Source: an uncultured Thermomicrobiales bacterium
Lineage (GTDB): Bacteria > Chloroflexota > Chloroflexia > Thermomicrobiales > UBA6265
NCBI GenBank assembly: GCA_902806405.1
Contig: CADCWL010000247.1
Span: 71-64,070 of the forward strand
Direction: 5' to 3'
DNA length: 64,000 bases
Shown here: in pieces, positions 54,245 through 63,212 of the stretch
How the letters are laid out: every line of letters starts with the position of its first letter
How positions within the stretch are numbered: position 1 is the first letter of the stretch
Position numbers and translations under genes: made by a program
Notes under the pieces: generated by a model
Database searches by the model: none
What the model was told of the DNA's origin: nothing
What the model saw: only the letters and a program-made list of their open reading frames with translations

Positions 54245-54916
54245 GTGTCTGACCCTCTCACCGATCCCGACGGTCGATCGGAGGACGAACCACCGGCGAC
54301 GACCCCGCAGCACGTCCTGCCGCTGGAATTGCGCGATGGCCTGCCGCCCGGTCCCGAGCTGGAGGCCCTGATCGAGGCACTCCTGCTGGCGGCGCCGACG
54401 CCGACGACCCCGGGCGAGTTGGCGCGCGGTGCCGGAGTCGCGGTCGCGGACGTCGAGGCCGCGCTCACGGCCCTGGAGACCGCCGACGGTCGCGGCTGGC
54501 TCCTCCAACGGCACCGGGGGACGGTCCAGCTGGCAACGGCACCCCGCTTCGCCCGTCAGGTGATGCGCTTCCTCGGATTGGAGCGGGAAACCCGCCTCTC
54601 CGGGCCGGCGCTGGAAGCGCTGGCGATCGTTGCCTACCGGCAGCCGGTCACCCGCGCGGAACTGGAGGCGGTCCGCGGCGTCGACTGCGCCGGTGTCCTC
54701 GCGACGCTGCATGGCCGCGGCCTGATCGAACCGGTGGGCCGCTTGGAAACGGTCGGCCACCCAATCGAGTACGGCACCACCCCGGAATTCCTGCGTCACT
54801 TCGGGCTGCGCTCGCTCGACGATCTGCCACCCTTGGGCGATGTCGAAGGGCGCGACGCGTCCGTCCTGCTGGAAGCGGCGGTGGCGACGGCGGGGGAGAC
54901 CGGCGGGGAAGCTTGA
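54245..54916 (+). CDS. scpB: SMC-Scp complex subunit ScpB
   Basis: IEALL, LSGPALEALAIVAYRQPVTR, RGVD, YGTTPEFLRHFGL..L.DLP. Confidence 0.94.
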   Translation: MSDPLTDPDGRSEDEPPATTPQHVLPLELRDGLPPGPELEALIEALLLAAPTPTTPGELARGAGVAVADVEAALTALETADGRGWLLQRHRGTVQLATAPRFARQVMRFLGLERETRLSGPALEALAIVAYRQPVTRAELEAVRGVDCAGVLATLHGRGLIEPVGRLETVGHPIEYGTTPEFLRHFGLRSLDDLPPLGDVEGRDASVLLEAAVATAGETGGEA

Positions 54917-55203
54917 CGTTGCGATCAACCGCAGTCGATAGCGATCCCTCCCCCATGCCCGGACTGGAGAACCACCTCCAGATGGTACGGGAGGCAAGGC
55001 CGATCGCCCCGATCGTTGTCTGTTCCCCGCCGCAATATCGTCACGGCCCGGCCGGAGGGGCGGGCCCGCGTCTCCGCCCTCGATCCCAGCCGCGTCTCGC
55101 TTGGAGCGTCACCGGGGAGGCAATCTGCTGTACGATCCGTTCGTTCGAGAGCTCCGCCCACTCCCTCACCGGAGAGCGGGGCTGGACAGGAGGGCGAGCA
55201 GCC

Positions 55204-56403
55204 CTAGGCGGACCCGGCCAGCTCCCGCACCCGCCCGACCGTCTCCACCAGTACTTCGACCGCCTCGTCGATCTCCTCAGCCGTGTTGTCGCGGCCCACG
55301 CTAAAGCGAAGGCTGGCACGGCAGCGCTCCTCCGGCAGACCCATCGCTCGCAGGACGTGGCTCGGCTCGGAGCTGCCGGTGGTGCAGGCCGAGCCGGCGG
55401 AGGCGGCGACGCCTTCCATGTCGAGGCTGAGCAGGACCGTCTCCCCTTGGACGCCGGGGATCGCGACGTTCAGGTTGTTCGGTAGGCGTTGCGCCGGGTG
55501 GAACGGACCGTTCAAGTCCGCCTCGGGGATCGCCTCCCGGATGCCGTGGAGGAGCCGATCGCGGAGTCCGGCGCAGTGGGTGGCATACGCGTCGCGCAGC
55601 CAGTCGGCCTTCTCCAGGGCGGCGGCGAGGCCAACGATCAGGGGCACGTTCTCGGTGCCGCCGCGGCGGCCCCCTTCCTGGCCCCCGCCCGCCTGCTGGT
55701 AGGCGATCGGCGTCCCCTGCCGGACGTACAGGAGGCCAACCCCCTTCGGGCCGTAGAACTTGTGGCCGGAGAGGGCCAGGAGGTCGACGCCGAGATCGTC
55801 AACCCGCAGCGGCAGCATGCCGGCGGCCTGGACCGCGTCGGTGTGGAGCGGAATGCCCCGCTCCAGCGCCAGCGCCCCGATATCCGCGATCGGCTGGATC
55901 GACCCCACCTCGTTGTTGGCGTACATCACCGAGATCAGGCACGTCTCGGGCCTGATCTCGGCGGCGACCGCGTCGACGGCGACGACGCCCTGCCCGTCGC
56001 AGGGGACATAGCTGACGGCGAATCCTTGCTCCTCCAGCGCCTCGGCGGCGTGAAGGACGGCGTGGTGCTCGATCCGGGTCGTCACGACGTGCGGCGGCGG
56101 GTCGCCGACCGCGCCGTCCAACCGACGTCGCCACGCCACGCCCCGGAGGGCGAGGTTGTCGGCCTCCGTTGCGCCGCTCGTGAACAGGATCTCGCCCGGC
56201 CGGCAGCCGAGGACGCGGGCAGCGGAGGCGCGGGCGCGGTCGAGTGCCGCTCGGGCCTCCTGGCCGTGCCGGTAGACGCTGGACGGGTTGCCGTACCGCT
56301 CGGAAAAGTAAGGGAGCATCACGGCGAGGACCTCGGCGTCGACCGGGGTCGTCGCCGCATGGTCCAGGTAGATAGTCTCGTCGCCGGAACCGGGGAAGGT
56401 CAT
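55204..56403 (-). CDS. iscS: Cysteine desulfurase (IscS/NifS family)
   Basis: YLDHAATTP, GNPSS, HTDAVQ, SGHKFYGPKG, SAGSACT. Confidence 0.94.
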   Translation of the reverse strand: MTFPGSGDETIYLDHAATTPVDAEVLAVMLPYFSERYGNPSSVYRHGQEARAALDRARASAARVLGCRPGEILFTSGATEADNLALRGVAWRRRLDGAVGDPPPHVVTTRIEHHAVLHAAEALEEQGFAVSYVPCDGQGVVAVDAVAAEIRPETCLISVMYANNEVGSIQPIADIGALALERGIPLHTDAVQAAGMLPLRVDDLGVDLLALSGHKFYGPKGVGLLYVRQGTPIAYQQAGGGQEGGRRGGTENVPLIVGLAAALEKADWLRDAYATHCAGLRDRLLHGIREAIPEADLNGPFHPAQRLPNNLNVAIPGVQGETVLLSLDMEGVAASAGSACTTGSSEPSHVLRAMGLPEERCRASLRFSVGRDNTAEEIDEAVEVLVETVGRVRELAGSA

Positions 56404-56503
56404 CTAGAGACTCCGGGGCCGCGCCGTGCGCCGTTGCACGGCGCGGCGGTGTGCGGGCGTGGCGACGGGCGGCGCCCACGGAAGGGGAAGCGCGGGGAGG
56501 AAC

Positions 56504-56965
56504 TCAGGAGGCGCGCGGCACCGCCGCTACGGCGGGCACGGCGCGCGGGCGGGGACTCTGGTCGAGGAGATCAGCGAGGGTCATCGAGTCGAGGGAATCA
56601 ACGATCGCGTCCCGCATCTTGAGCCAGACCGGCCGCGTCTCGCAGCCGTCGATCAGCGGGCAGGTCTGGTCCGCCGGGTCCTCGGAGACGCAGTCCATCG
56701 GGGCCACCGGCCCCTCCATCACCCGGTAGACCTCACCAACCCTGACCAATTCCGGCGAGCGCGTCAGGCGGTAGCCGCCCTGGGCGCCCCGCTTGCTCTC
56801 CACCAGGCCGGCCCGTCGTAGGGGACCGATCAACTGCTCAAGATAGGCCGACGGGACGGACGACGCCTTGGCAACCGCCGCGATCGACATCGGACCGTCG
56901 CCGTAGTGGCGCGCCAGCGCCACCATCGCCCGGACCCCGTACTCCCCGCGGGACGACACCTTCAC
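56504..56965 (-). CDS. Rrf2 family regulator (IscR/CymR-like)
   Basis: YLEQLI, SKRGAQGGY, three C-terminal Cys (DC...TC.....C); upstream of iscS. Confidence 0.92.
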   Translation of the reverse strand: MKVSSRGEYGVRAMVALARHYGDGPMSIAAVAKASSVPSAYLEQLIGPLRRAGLVESKRGAQGGYRLTRSPELVRVGEVYRVMEGPVAPMDCVSEDPADQTCPLIDGCETRPVWLKMRDAIVDSLDSMTLADLLDQSPRPRAVPAVAAVPRAS

Positions 56966-57004
56966 GGAACACCGCCTTCATCCGGGGAGACGCTCCCCGA
57001 TGAG

Positions 57005-57033
57005 ACTGTACCCGCGGCGGCGAGAGGGGTCAA
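57005..57033 (-). promoter_or_regulatory. Sigma-70 promoter of Rrf2-iscS
   Basis: Minus strand TTGACC-17-TACAGT. Confidence 0.6.
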
Positions 57034-57226
57034 GGCAGCGAGCGGTGGGCGAAGCGCACCGGCGTACCTACCGTTGTCGTCGGCGTGCCGCGCGAGTGGT
57101 AAGCGCCGGCTCACGCGCAGGTCCGTTGAAGATCGCCGCCGCGCTCGGGACGACGGCCGGAACGGACGAGGTTCGAGTTGGGCGGTGCGTCGGAGAAGCG
57201 CCCGGACTCGGCACCCAACTCGCGGC

Positions 57227-58390
57227 TCACCGGGTCCAGGCGCGCACCCCCTGGCGAAAGGACGCGGCGAGGTCGGTCATCCGGCGGGCGGCGAGGGGGA
57301 ACGGGGCGAGATGGTGGTAAACGTGGACGAAGCGGTCGGCGGTGAAGATGCCACGGTATTGACCGTCCTCGGTCACCGGAATAGCCCACCGGTTGAGCCG
57401 ATTCATCCGGTGCTGGACGTCATAGACCGACTCATCGACGGTGGCCGTCACCACGTCCGGGTCCATCACGTCCGCCACCGTCAGGCGGGAACCGCCGTGC
57501 AGTTCGTGCAGCACATCGTGGCGCCAGAGCATCCCGACCACTCGGCCGCGGTCCGTCACCGCCAGATCGCGCGGCCCGCCGCGGAGCGCGTAAGCGAGGG
57601 GCTGGTGCGGCGCGATGCCGCCCATGTCCCACAGCGCGAACTGCCCGACCCGGAGGCGGCGCATCGCGCCTTCCAACCGCACCGCCCGCCCCTCCGCCTG
57701 GGCCATCACGACGATGAAGACGGCGATCAGGACCGCCGCCGGGTTCTGGAGCCAGACCAGGGAGACGATCGCCAGCGCGACCGCCAGCGCCTGCCCGACC
57801 AGGACCGCGGTCCGGGTCCCCGTTTCGCGGCCGACCACGAGTGTCAGCACCGCCCGCAACACCCGTCCGCCATCGAGTGGGAAGGCCGGCAACATGTTGA
57901 AAAGGACCATCAGGGCATTAGCGTAGAACAGCCAGACCAGGAGACTGCCGACCGACACGCCGAGCGCGAGATCGACGTACTCCCCGCCAGAGGCGAGGCC
58001 GTGCGTCACCCCGTAGAGGAGGATGACCGGCGCCAGCGCCACCATCACCGCCACGTTCATCGCCGGCCCGGCGAGCGCGATCAGGACCTCGGTCGACGGG
58101 CGCGAAGGAACATGCTCGGTGCGGGCGACGCCGCCGATCACGGAGAGGGTCACGTCGTGCACCCGGACGCCAAAATGCATCGCCATGAAACTGTGCCCGA
58201 GCTCGTGGAGGAGCACGCAGGCGAAGACGAGCCCAACGAGGAGCAGTCCGAACAGGACCGCGACAATCCCGGCGAGGCCGGAGGCATCGGTCCCCCACTG
58301 GAAGAAGACATAGAGGAAAACCAGCCCGAAGCTGGGGTGAAGCTTGACCTCGACGTCCCGCACGCGGCCAAGCGTGAACGTACCCACCAT
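57227..58390 (-). CDS. Site-2 protease (M50) with C-terminal CBS domains
   Basis: HELGH, AGPAMN, FNMLPAFPLDGGR, CBS pair (TVADVM, IPVTEDG). Confidence 0.93.
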   Translation of the reverse strand: MVGTFTLGRVRDVEVKLHPSFGLVFLYVFFQWGTDASGLAGIVAVLFGLLLVGLVFACVLLHELGHSFMAMHFGVRVHDVTLSVIGGVARTEHVPSRPSTEVLIALAGPAMNVAVMVALAPVILLYGVTHGLASGGEYVDLALGVSVGSLLVWLFYANALMVLFNMLPAFPLDGGRVLRAVLTLVVGRETGTRTAVLVGQALAVALAIVSLVWLQNPAAVLIAVFIVVMAQAEGRAVRLEGAMRRLRVGQFALWDMGGIAPHQPLAYALRGGPRDLAVTDRGRVVGMLWRHDVLHELHGGSRLTVADVMDPDVVTATVDESVYDVQHRMNRLNRWAIPVTEDGQYRGIFTADRFVHVYHHLAPFPLAARRMTDLAASFRQGVRAWTR

Positions 58391-58618
58391 GCCGCCCCGC
58401 GCTTCGCGCTACGCCCCTGCGTCGCCGGTCCGTCAAACATTAAGTCGCGCCACCTGACGATCACAATTATACAGTCAACGTGCGACGCCGCATAACGCCG
58501 CGCACCCGAACGTCGACTGCACCGCCCCGTCGAAAGGAGCGAACGGGGACGACCGCCGATTGCGTCAAAGGAGTAGAGGAACACAACCTCCTGCTCGCTT
58601 GGGGAAGGAAGAGAATTC

Positions 58619-58634
58619 TGCAAGATTGTTGCCA
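58619..58634 (-). promoter_or_regulatory. Sigma-54 -24/-12 site antisense to and overlapping the rpoN promoter
   Basis: Minus strand TGGCAACAATCTTGCA. Confidence 0.7.
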
Positions 58635-58657
58635 CCGTTCCAGGGCGTGCCTATACT
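58629..58657 (+). promoter_or_regulatory. Sigma-70 promoter of rpoN
   Basis: TTGCCA-17-TATACT. Confidence 0.7.
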
Positions 58658-58774
58658 GGCGAGGCGGTCGTGTGCCAGTTAGGCAGCACGGCCGCGATCG
58701 CCGGGAGCGCGCAGCCCCCCGCGACGCTGCAGGCCTTGGCGCTGCGGACCGATTGGGATGAGAGGACAACGGGG

Positions 58775-60322
58775 ATGGAAAGCGGGTTCGAACTCTCGCA
58801 CGAGATGCGAACCTGGGTGTCGCCCAGTCTGATCGAGGCGAACCACATCCTCAGCCTCTCGCGGCAGGAGCTCCAGGCCGCCGTCGCCGCCGAGATGGAG
58901 GCGAACCCGGCGCTGGAGATGGACGAGCGCCAGACCTGCCCGCTCTGCGGCAACGTCCTCGACGGCACCTTCTGCACCGTCTGTCTCGTCAGTCAGCGCA
59001 CCGACGCCAACCCCGAGAGCTACGAGGACTTCCCCGAGACCGCCGCCACCGGCAACCAGACCTCCGACGACAGCGACGACTTCGACCCGATGACACTTAT
59101 CGCCGAGGACTTCGGCCTCCGCGAGCAGATTCTGGCCGACGCCCGCACGATCCTCGAGCCGGAGGAGTACCCGATCGCCGAGTACCTCGTCGACTCGATC
59201 GACGACCGCGGCTTCCTTGCCGCCGACACCGCCGAGCTTGCCACCCTCCTCGACCGCCCGATCGAGGAGATCGAGGGGATTGTCGAGGTGATCCAGGACG
59301 TCGCCCCGGTCGGCGTCGGTGCCCGCAACCTCCGCGAGTGTCTCCTCCTCCAGCTCCGCTTCCTACTGGAGAGCGGACACCCGGCGCCGCCCCACGTTGG
59401 GCGGATCATCGCCACGCACCTCCCCGAGTTCGGTGCCCACAAGTACGGCCAGATCGCCAAGGATCTGGGCCTTACCGCCGAGGACGTGGAGGCCGCGCGC
59501 GATTTCATCCGTACCCACCTCAACCCGTTTCCGCTCCAGACCCAGCAGGCCCGCTCCTGGCGGACACCGACCCGATCCCCCTTCGTCGCCCCGGACGTGA
59601 TCATCTCGATCAAGGACGGCGCCCTCCACGTCGAGGTGGTCGAGACCAAGCACTTTCACCTTCGCCTGAGCCCCATCTACGACCGCCTCGGTGAGGCGAC
59701 CGGCCGCCGCAGGTCCGCCGCGAAGGCGAACGGCGCAACCACCACCGGCAGCGCCACCTCCGCCAACGGCACCGTCGCCCTCGTCACCGGCAACGGAGCC
59801 TCTAATGGGCACGCCGTCGCTCCCATCGCCACCACCCGGCCGCTCGCCTCCCTCCTCACCTCGGACGAGGACCGCGCCCACGTCCGCCAGTACTCCTCGC
59901 GCGCCAAAGTCTTCATCTCCAACATCCAGCAGCGGCGCGAAACGCTGCTCAAGATCAGCCGCTGCATCTGCGGGCTGCAGGAGAGCTTCCTGCGGGGCGG
60001 CGTGAGGGAACTTGTCCCGTTGACGCGAGCGGTCGTCGCCCAGCAGGTCGGCGTCCACGAGTCGACGGTGAGCCGTGCGACGGCGAACAAGTACGTGATG
60101 CTGCCGACCCGCAAGGTGATCCCTTTCAGCGACTTCTTCACCCCCTCCCTCAGCACCAAGGATGTGATCAAGGAACTGATCGAGCGGGAGGCAAAGAAGG
60201 GCGAGCCGCTGACCGACCGCCGCATCTGCGACCTCCTCCTCAAGCAGGGTATCCGGATCGCCCGCCGGACCGTCGCCAAATACCGCGCCGAGCTCGGCAT
60301 CCTCCCTTCGACAATGCGGTAG
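58775..60322 (+). CDS. rpoN: RNA polymerase sigma-54 factor, atypical (Zn-ribbon insertion)
   Basis: NPALE, IDDRGFL, PVGVGARNLRECLLLQL, HTH VGVHESTVSRA, RpoN box ARRTVAKYR; ATG 58775. Confidence 0.93.
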   Translation: MESGFELSHEMRTWVSPSLIEANHILSLSRQELQAAVAAEMEANPALEMDERQTCPLCGNVLDGTFCTVCLVSQRTDANPESYEDFPETAATGNQTSDDSDDFDPMTLIAEDFGLREQILADARTILEPEEYPIAEYLVDSIDDRGFLAADTAELATLLDRPIEEIEGIVEVIQDVAPVGVGARNLRECLLLQLRFLLESGHPAPPHVGRIIATHLPEFGAHKYGQIAKDLGLTAEDVEAARDFIRTHLNPFPLQTQQARSWRTPTRSPFVAPDVIISIKDGALHVEVVETKHFHLRLSPIYDRLGEATGRRRSAAKANGATTTGSATSANGTVALVTGNGASNGHAVAPIATTRPLASLLTSDEDRAHVRQYSSRAKVFISNIQQRRETLLKISRCICGLQESFLRGGVRELVPLTRAVVAQQVGVHESTVSRATANKYVMLPTRKVIPFSDFFTPSLSTKDVIKELIEREAKKGEPLTDRRICDLLLKQGIRIARRTVAKYRAELGILPSTMR

Positions 60323-60950
60323 TACCGGCTTTGCGACCGAATCTGGTCGGACTAGAAATTTCTCGAAGCGTCGTCACCGACCTCCCCGTTCCCTGTCGCT
60401 CGGAAGCACCGGGCCCTCCTCCGCCGCGAAAGCGGCTCGGGAGTCTCCCTTGGCGCTGCCGCCCGCGACACCCCACGGGCTTCCCTTCCACGCCTTGTCC
60501 CGAGAGACGAGGCTCCCTCCCCGGCTCGGGCCGAGAGGCGTCCTACCACAGCCCCAACCACGCCGCCTCGACCGCCATCCCTCTCGCCGCTTGGTCGTGC
60601 CCACGAACCGAGGATCCTCGCCCACGCCCACCTCAGGGCGAAAATTCTTCCTGCCCCGGAAGGGCAAGCACCTCATGGTGGAAGGCGAGCGGCGGGACAG
60701 CGGCCGCCGGGATGGGGGAGCGGGGCCACAGGCGAGAGCCCGGACGGTAGGACTATTGGCAAGGAAAACGACGCAACGTGGACATGAGACGGTGCCGCGA
60801 GCCGCCGTCGCCATCTCCTCGTGCGCTGAAGGTATACCGAGGAGTCCGCGCAGGGATGTTGCACCCCCGCGCCACACTCAGCGGTATTGGAACGCCGCCG
60901 TAGCCCCGAAGCTCCCCAACCGACGGGACACCGAGGACGGCCCGCTCGCC

Positions 60951-62243
60951 TTACATCTCCGCCGTCGACTGATCCGTGTCGAGGACGAAGCGGAGCAGCG
61001 CCCCGACGCCGCCGAGGGCGTCGAGCCGGCGCCCAGCCTCGCTGCGGGGCACCGCGGCGTCGGCGTCGGGGATATGGGCCTGCTCCTCGGCGCCGACCGG
61101 GACGGCGGTGCGGACGATCTCGATCGCGGCGTCGCTGAGGATCGCCAGCCGGACCAGCTCCTCCTCCAAGCCGACGGGGACGATGACCCCCGGGTCGCCG
61201 GCGGCCGGGTGCTCCGCCGGCGCGTCACCGGCGCCGTAGAGGGGAAGCGCAAAATCGGCCCAGCCTTTGGCGGCGAAATCGTCGTTCATGATCAGGGTCA
61301 GGACCTGGCCCGCCTGGAGCGCCGTCAGCGTCTCCTCGATCCCCACGACGGCGCCCCCGCCGGGACCGGCGCCGTTCTCCAGCGAGCCGACCGCGGCCGC
61401 TTCCCGCTCCCGCTCCGCCTGCTCGACCAGCGGCAGGGTCGCCTCGACGATATCCCGCTCGCTGGCGCGAATATCAAGCCGGACCGAGCCGACAATCCGG
61501 TCACGAACGCTCTGGTGGAGTGTGTCGGTGAGCAGGGTAGTCGCCCGCTCATCGCCGGCGAGGACGAGCACGCCGATGCGCTCCCGGTCCATCAACAGCC
61601 GAACCTCTTCGACGACCGTGCGGGCGAAGGCGTCAGCGTGCTCCTGCGAGCGGCCGTCGTTCCGGCTCCGGGTCCCCGAGCCGTCGCGCGAGCGTCCGCC
61701 GGCGCCCCCCTCGACGTCGACGTGCCGTTCCCGCCGGGCCTGGTCGACCACCGTCAGCGACGCCTCCCGGCCGTCGGCGAGAAGCACGACATAGGGTGGC
61801 GCGTCCTCGGCGACGTGGGCGAGCGCGTGCAAGGCGGGGGTCGGACCGGCAACCATCCGGCTCGGCACCGGCACGCCGAGCGGCAGCGGTTCGAAGACCC
61901 CGGCCACCGAACAGGCAACGACGACCAAACCCTGGACGGCCGGGTCGACCTCGCCATCGAGGTACTCCCGGACCCGTGCCAGATCGTCGCTGAGGCTGTC
62001 GTGGGCGGGGGTGTGCGGCTTGTAGTCGGCGAGGAATTCGGCGCCGTTCTGGTCGAACCACTCCCGGCCGGCGCGGCGGTTCGGGCGGAACCCGTCCGGC
62101 TGCCAGTCGAGGCTCAGCGTCAGGTAGGGCGCCTCGGTCGAGGCCGGCAGGGCCGCCAGCCGCCGCAGAGCGCCGGCTAGGTCGGCGACGAACGGCGTGT
62201 CGTCGTGGTGCTGCTCCACCTGCTGAACGGGATCGGTTGCCAC
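60951..62243 (-). CDS. Bacterial archaeo-eukaryotic release factor family protein (baeRF/aeRF1-like)
   Basis: YLTLSLDW N-domain, YVVLLADGREA RNase H-like middle domain, LVLAGD, GIEETLTALQAGQVLTL and C-terminal GGVGALLRF (eRF1 domain 3); no GGQ. Confidence 0.88.
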   Translation of the reverse strand: MATDPVQQVEQHHDDTPFVADLAGALRRLAALPASTEAPYLTLSLDWQPDGFRPNRRAGREWFDQNGAEFLADYKPHTPAHDSLSDDLARVREYLDGEVDPAVQGLVVVACSVAGVFEPLPLGVPVPSRMVAGPTPALHALAHVAEDAPPYVVLLADGREASLTVVDQARRERHVDVEGGAGGRSRDGSGTRSRNDGRSQEHADAFARTVVEEVRLLMDRERIGVLVLAGDERATTLLTDTLHQSVRDRIVGSVRLDIRASERDIVEATLPLVEQAEREREAAAVGSLENGAGPGGGAVVGIEETLTALQAGQVLTLIMNDDFAAKGWADFALPLYGAGDAPAEHPAAGDPGVIVPVGLEEELVRLAILSDAAIEIVRTAVPVGAEEQAHIPDADAAVPRSEAGRRLDALGGVGALLRFVLDTDQSTAEM

Positions 62244-62311
62244 GCTGGTGTGCTCCTCTCGCTATCGCCCCTGCCCACCGGGCAAGAAAGCCGTCGTTAG
62301 CAGCGATGGCG

Positions 62312-62327
62312 CGCACACCCCGTGCCA
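62312..62327 (-). promoter_or_regulatory. Sigma-54 -24/-12 promoter
   Basis: Minus strand TGGCACGGGGTGTGCG; 69 nt before the baeRF start. Confidence 0.68.
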
Positions 62328-62574
62328 GCCAGCGTCCACCATCGGATAGGGGTCGAGACGGACAGCACCGGGGCGCCGCCGGCCGGGTTGTGAGCACCGT
62401 GCAAGTCCATCGCCTCCCGTCGACGTTTCGGGTCTCGAGTCCGTACGTCACGCCGCTGCCCGCCATCGGAAGGGGCTTCAGCCCCGTGCTATACTCCCGT
62501 CCCGCGGACAGCGAAGCAATTTTCCGTTCATCCGCGTCACCCGCTGCCCTCTCGTGGGCGAAACGATTGGGCCG

Positions 62575-63153
62575 ATGACCGATCCCGGACTGAGCAACCG
62601 GCTCCGTCAGCACTCCCGCCGCTCCGGGCTCATGGTCGGCCTCTCGATGGCCGCCGCCATCGCGATCCTCGTCGGCGTCTTTGTTGGCATCTACGCCGCC
62701 CTCGTCCCCTGGCTCTCCGACATCGTCCCTCCTCAGATTCAGGCTCAGGAACAGACGCCGACCGCGGCGCCGGCCGTGGCTCAGAGTCGGGCCCCGGAGA
62801 ATCCAGTCGCACCCACCCCGAACGCGATCGTCGCAGCGATTCGGGCGCAGCAGTCGCCTACGGCGGTGCCCGTGCCGGCGGAGACGGTGGCACCGGAGCC
62901 GACGGAAACACCGGAGGCGTTCGAGCCGGACTTTCAGATTCGCGGCGGGCAAAGCATCAACTTCCGATCGGGACCATCGACGAACGATCCGGTGATCGAA
63001 GCCCTGCCACCGCTTACGCCACTGCAGTACCTGAACGAAGAGGAGCCGACGCAAAATCCTGCTCAAGATGGTGATACCTGGAGAAGGTATCGCACCGAGG
63101 ACAACCAAGAGGGCTGGGTGCGAGAGATCGACACCGAGCCTTATCGTGAGTAA
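62575..63153 (+). CDS. Membrane-anchored SH3b domain protein
   Basis: N-terminal TM helix, Pro/Thr/Ala linker, INFRSGPST...W...GWV SH3b pattern; extended -10 TGCTATACT at about 62487. Confidence 0.82.
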   Translation: MTDPGLSNRLRQHSRRSGLMVGLSMAAAIAILVGVFVGIYAALVPWLSDIVPPQIQAQEQTPTAAPAVAQSRAPENPVAPTPNAIVAAIRAQQSPTAVPVPAETVAPEPTETPEAFEPDFQIRGGQSINFRSGPSTNDPVIEALPPLTPLQYLNEEEPTQNPAQDGDTWRRYRTEDNQEGWVREIDTEPYRE

Positions 63154-63212
63154 AGGGAAGACGACGCCATGACCCTGGCTTCGGATCTTAAAGTTTAGGC
63201 AAGCGACCGCAG

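Noticed and set aside
58670-58774. Longer N-terminus for rpoN (GTG 58670)
   Set aside because: Starts only 12 nt after the -10 box with no RBS and does not resemble Region I; ATG 58775 has a GAGAGGA RBS.
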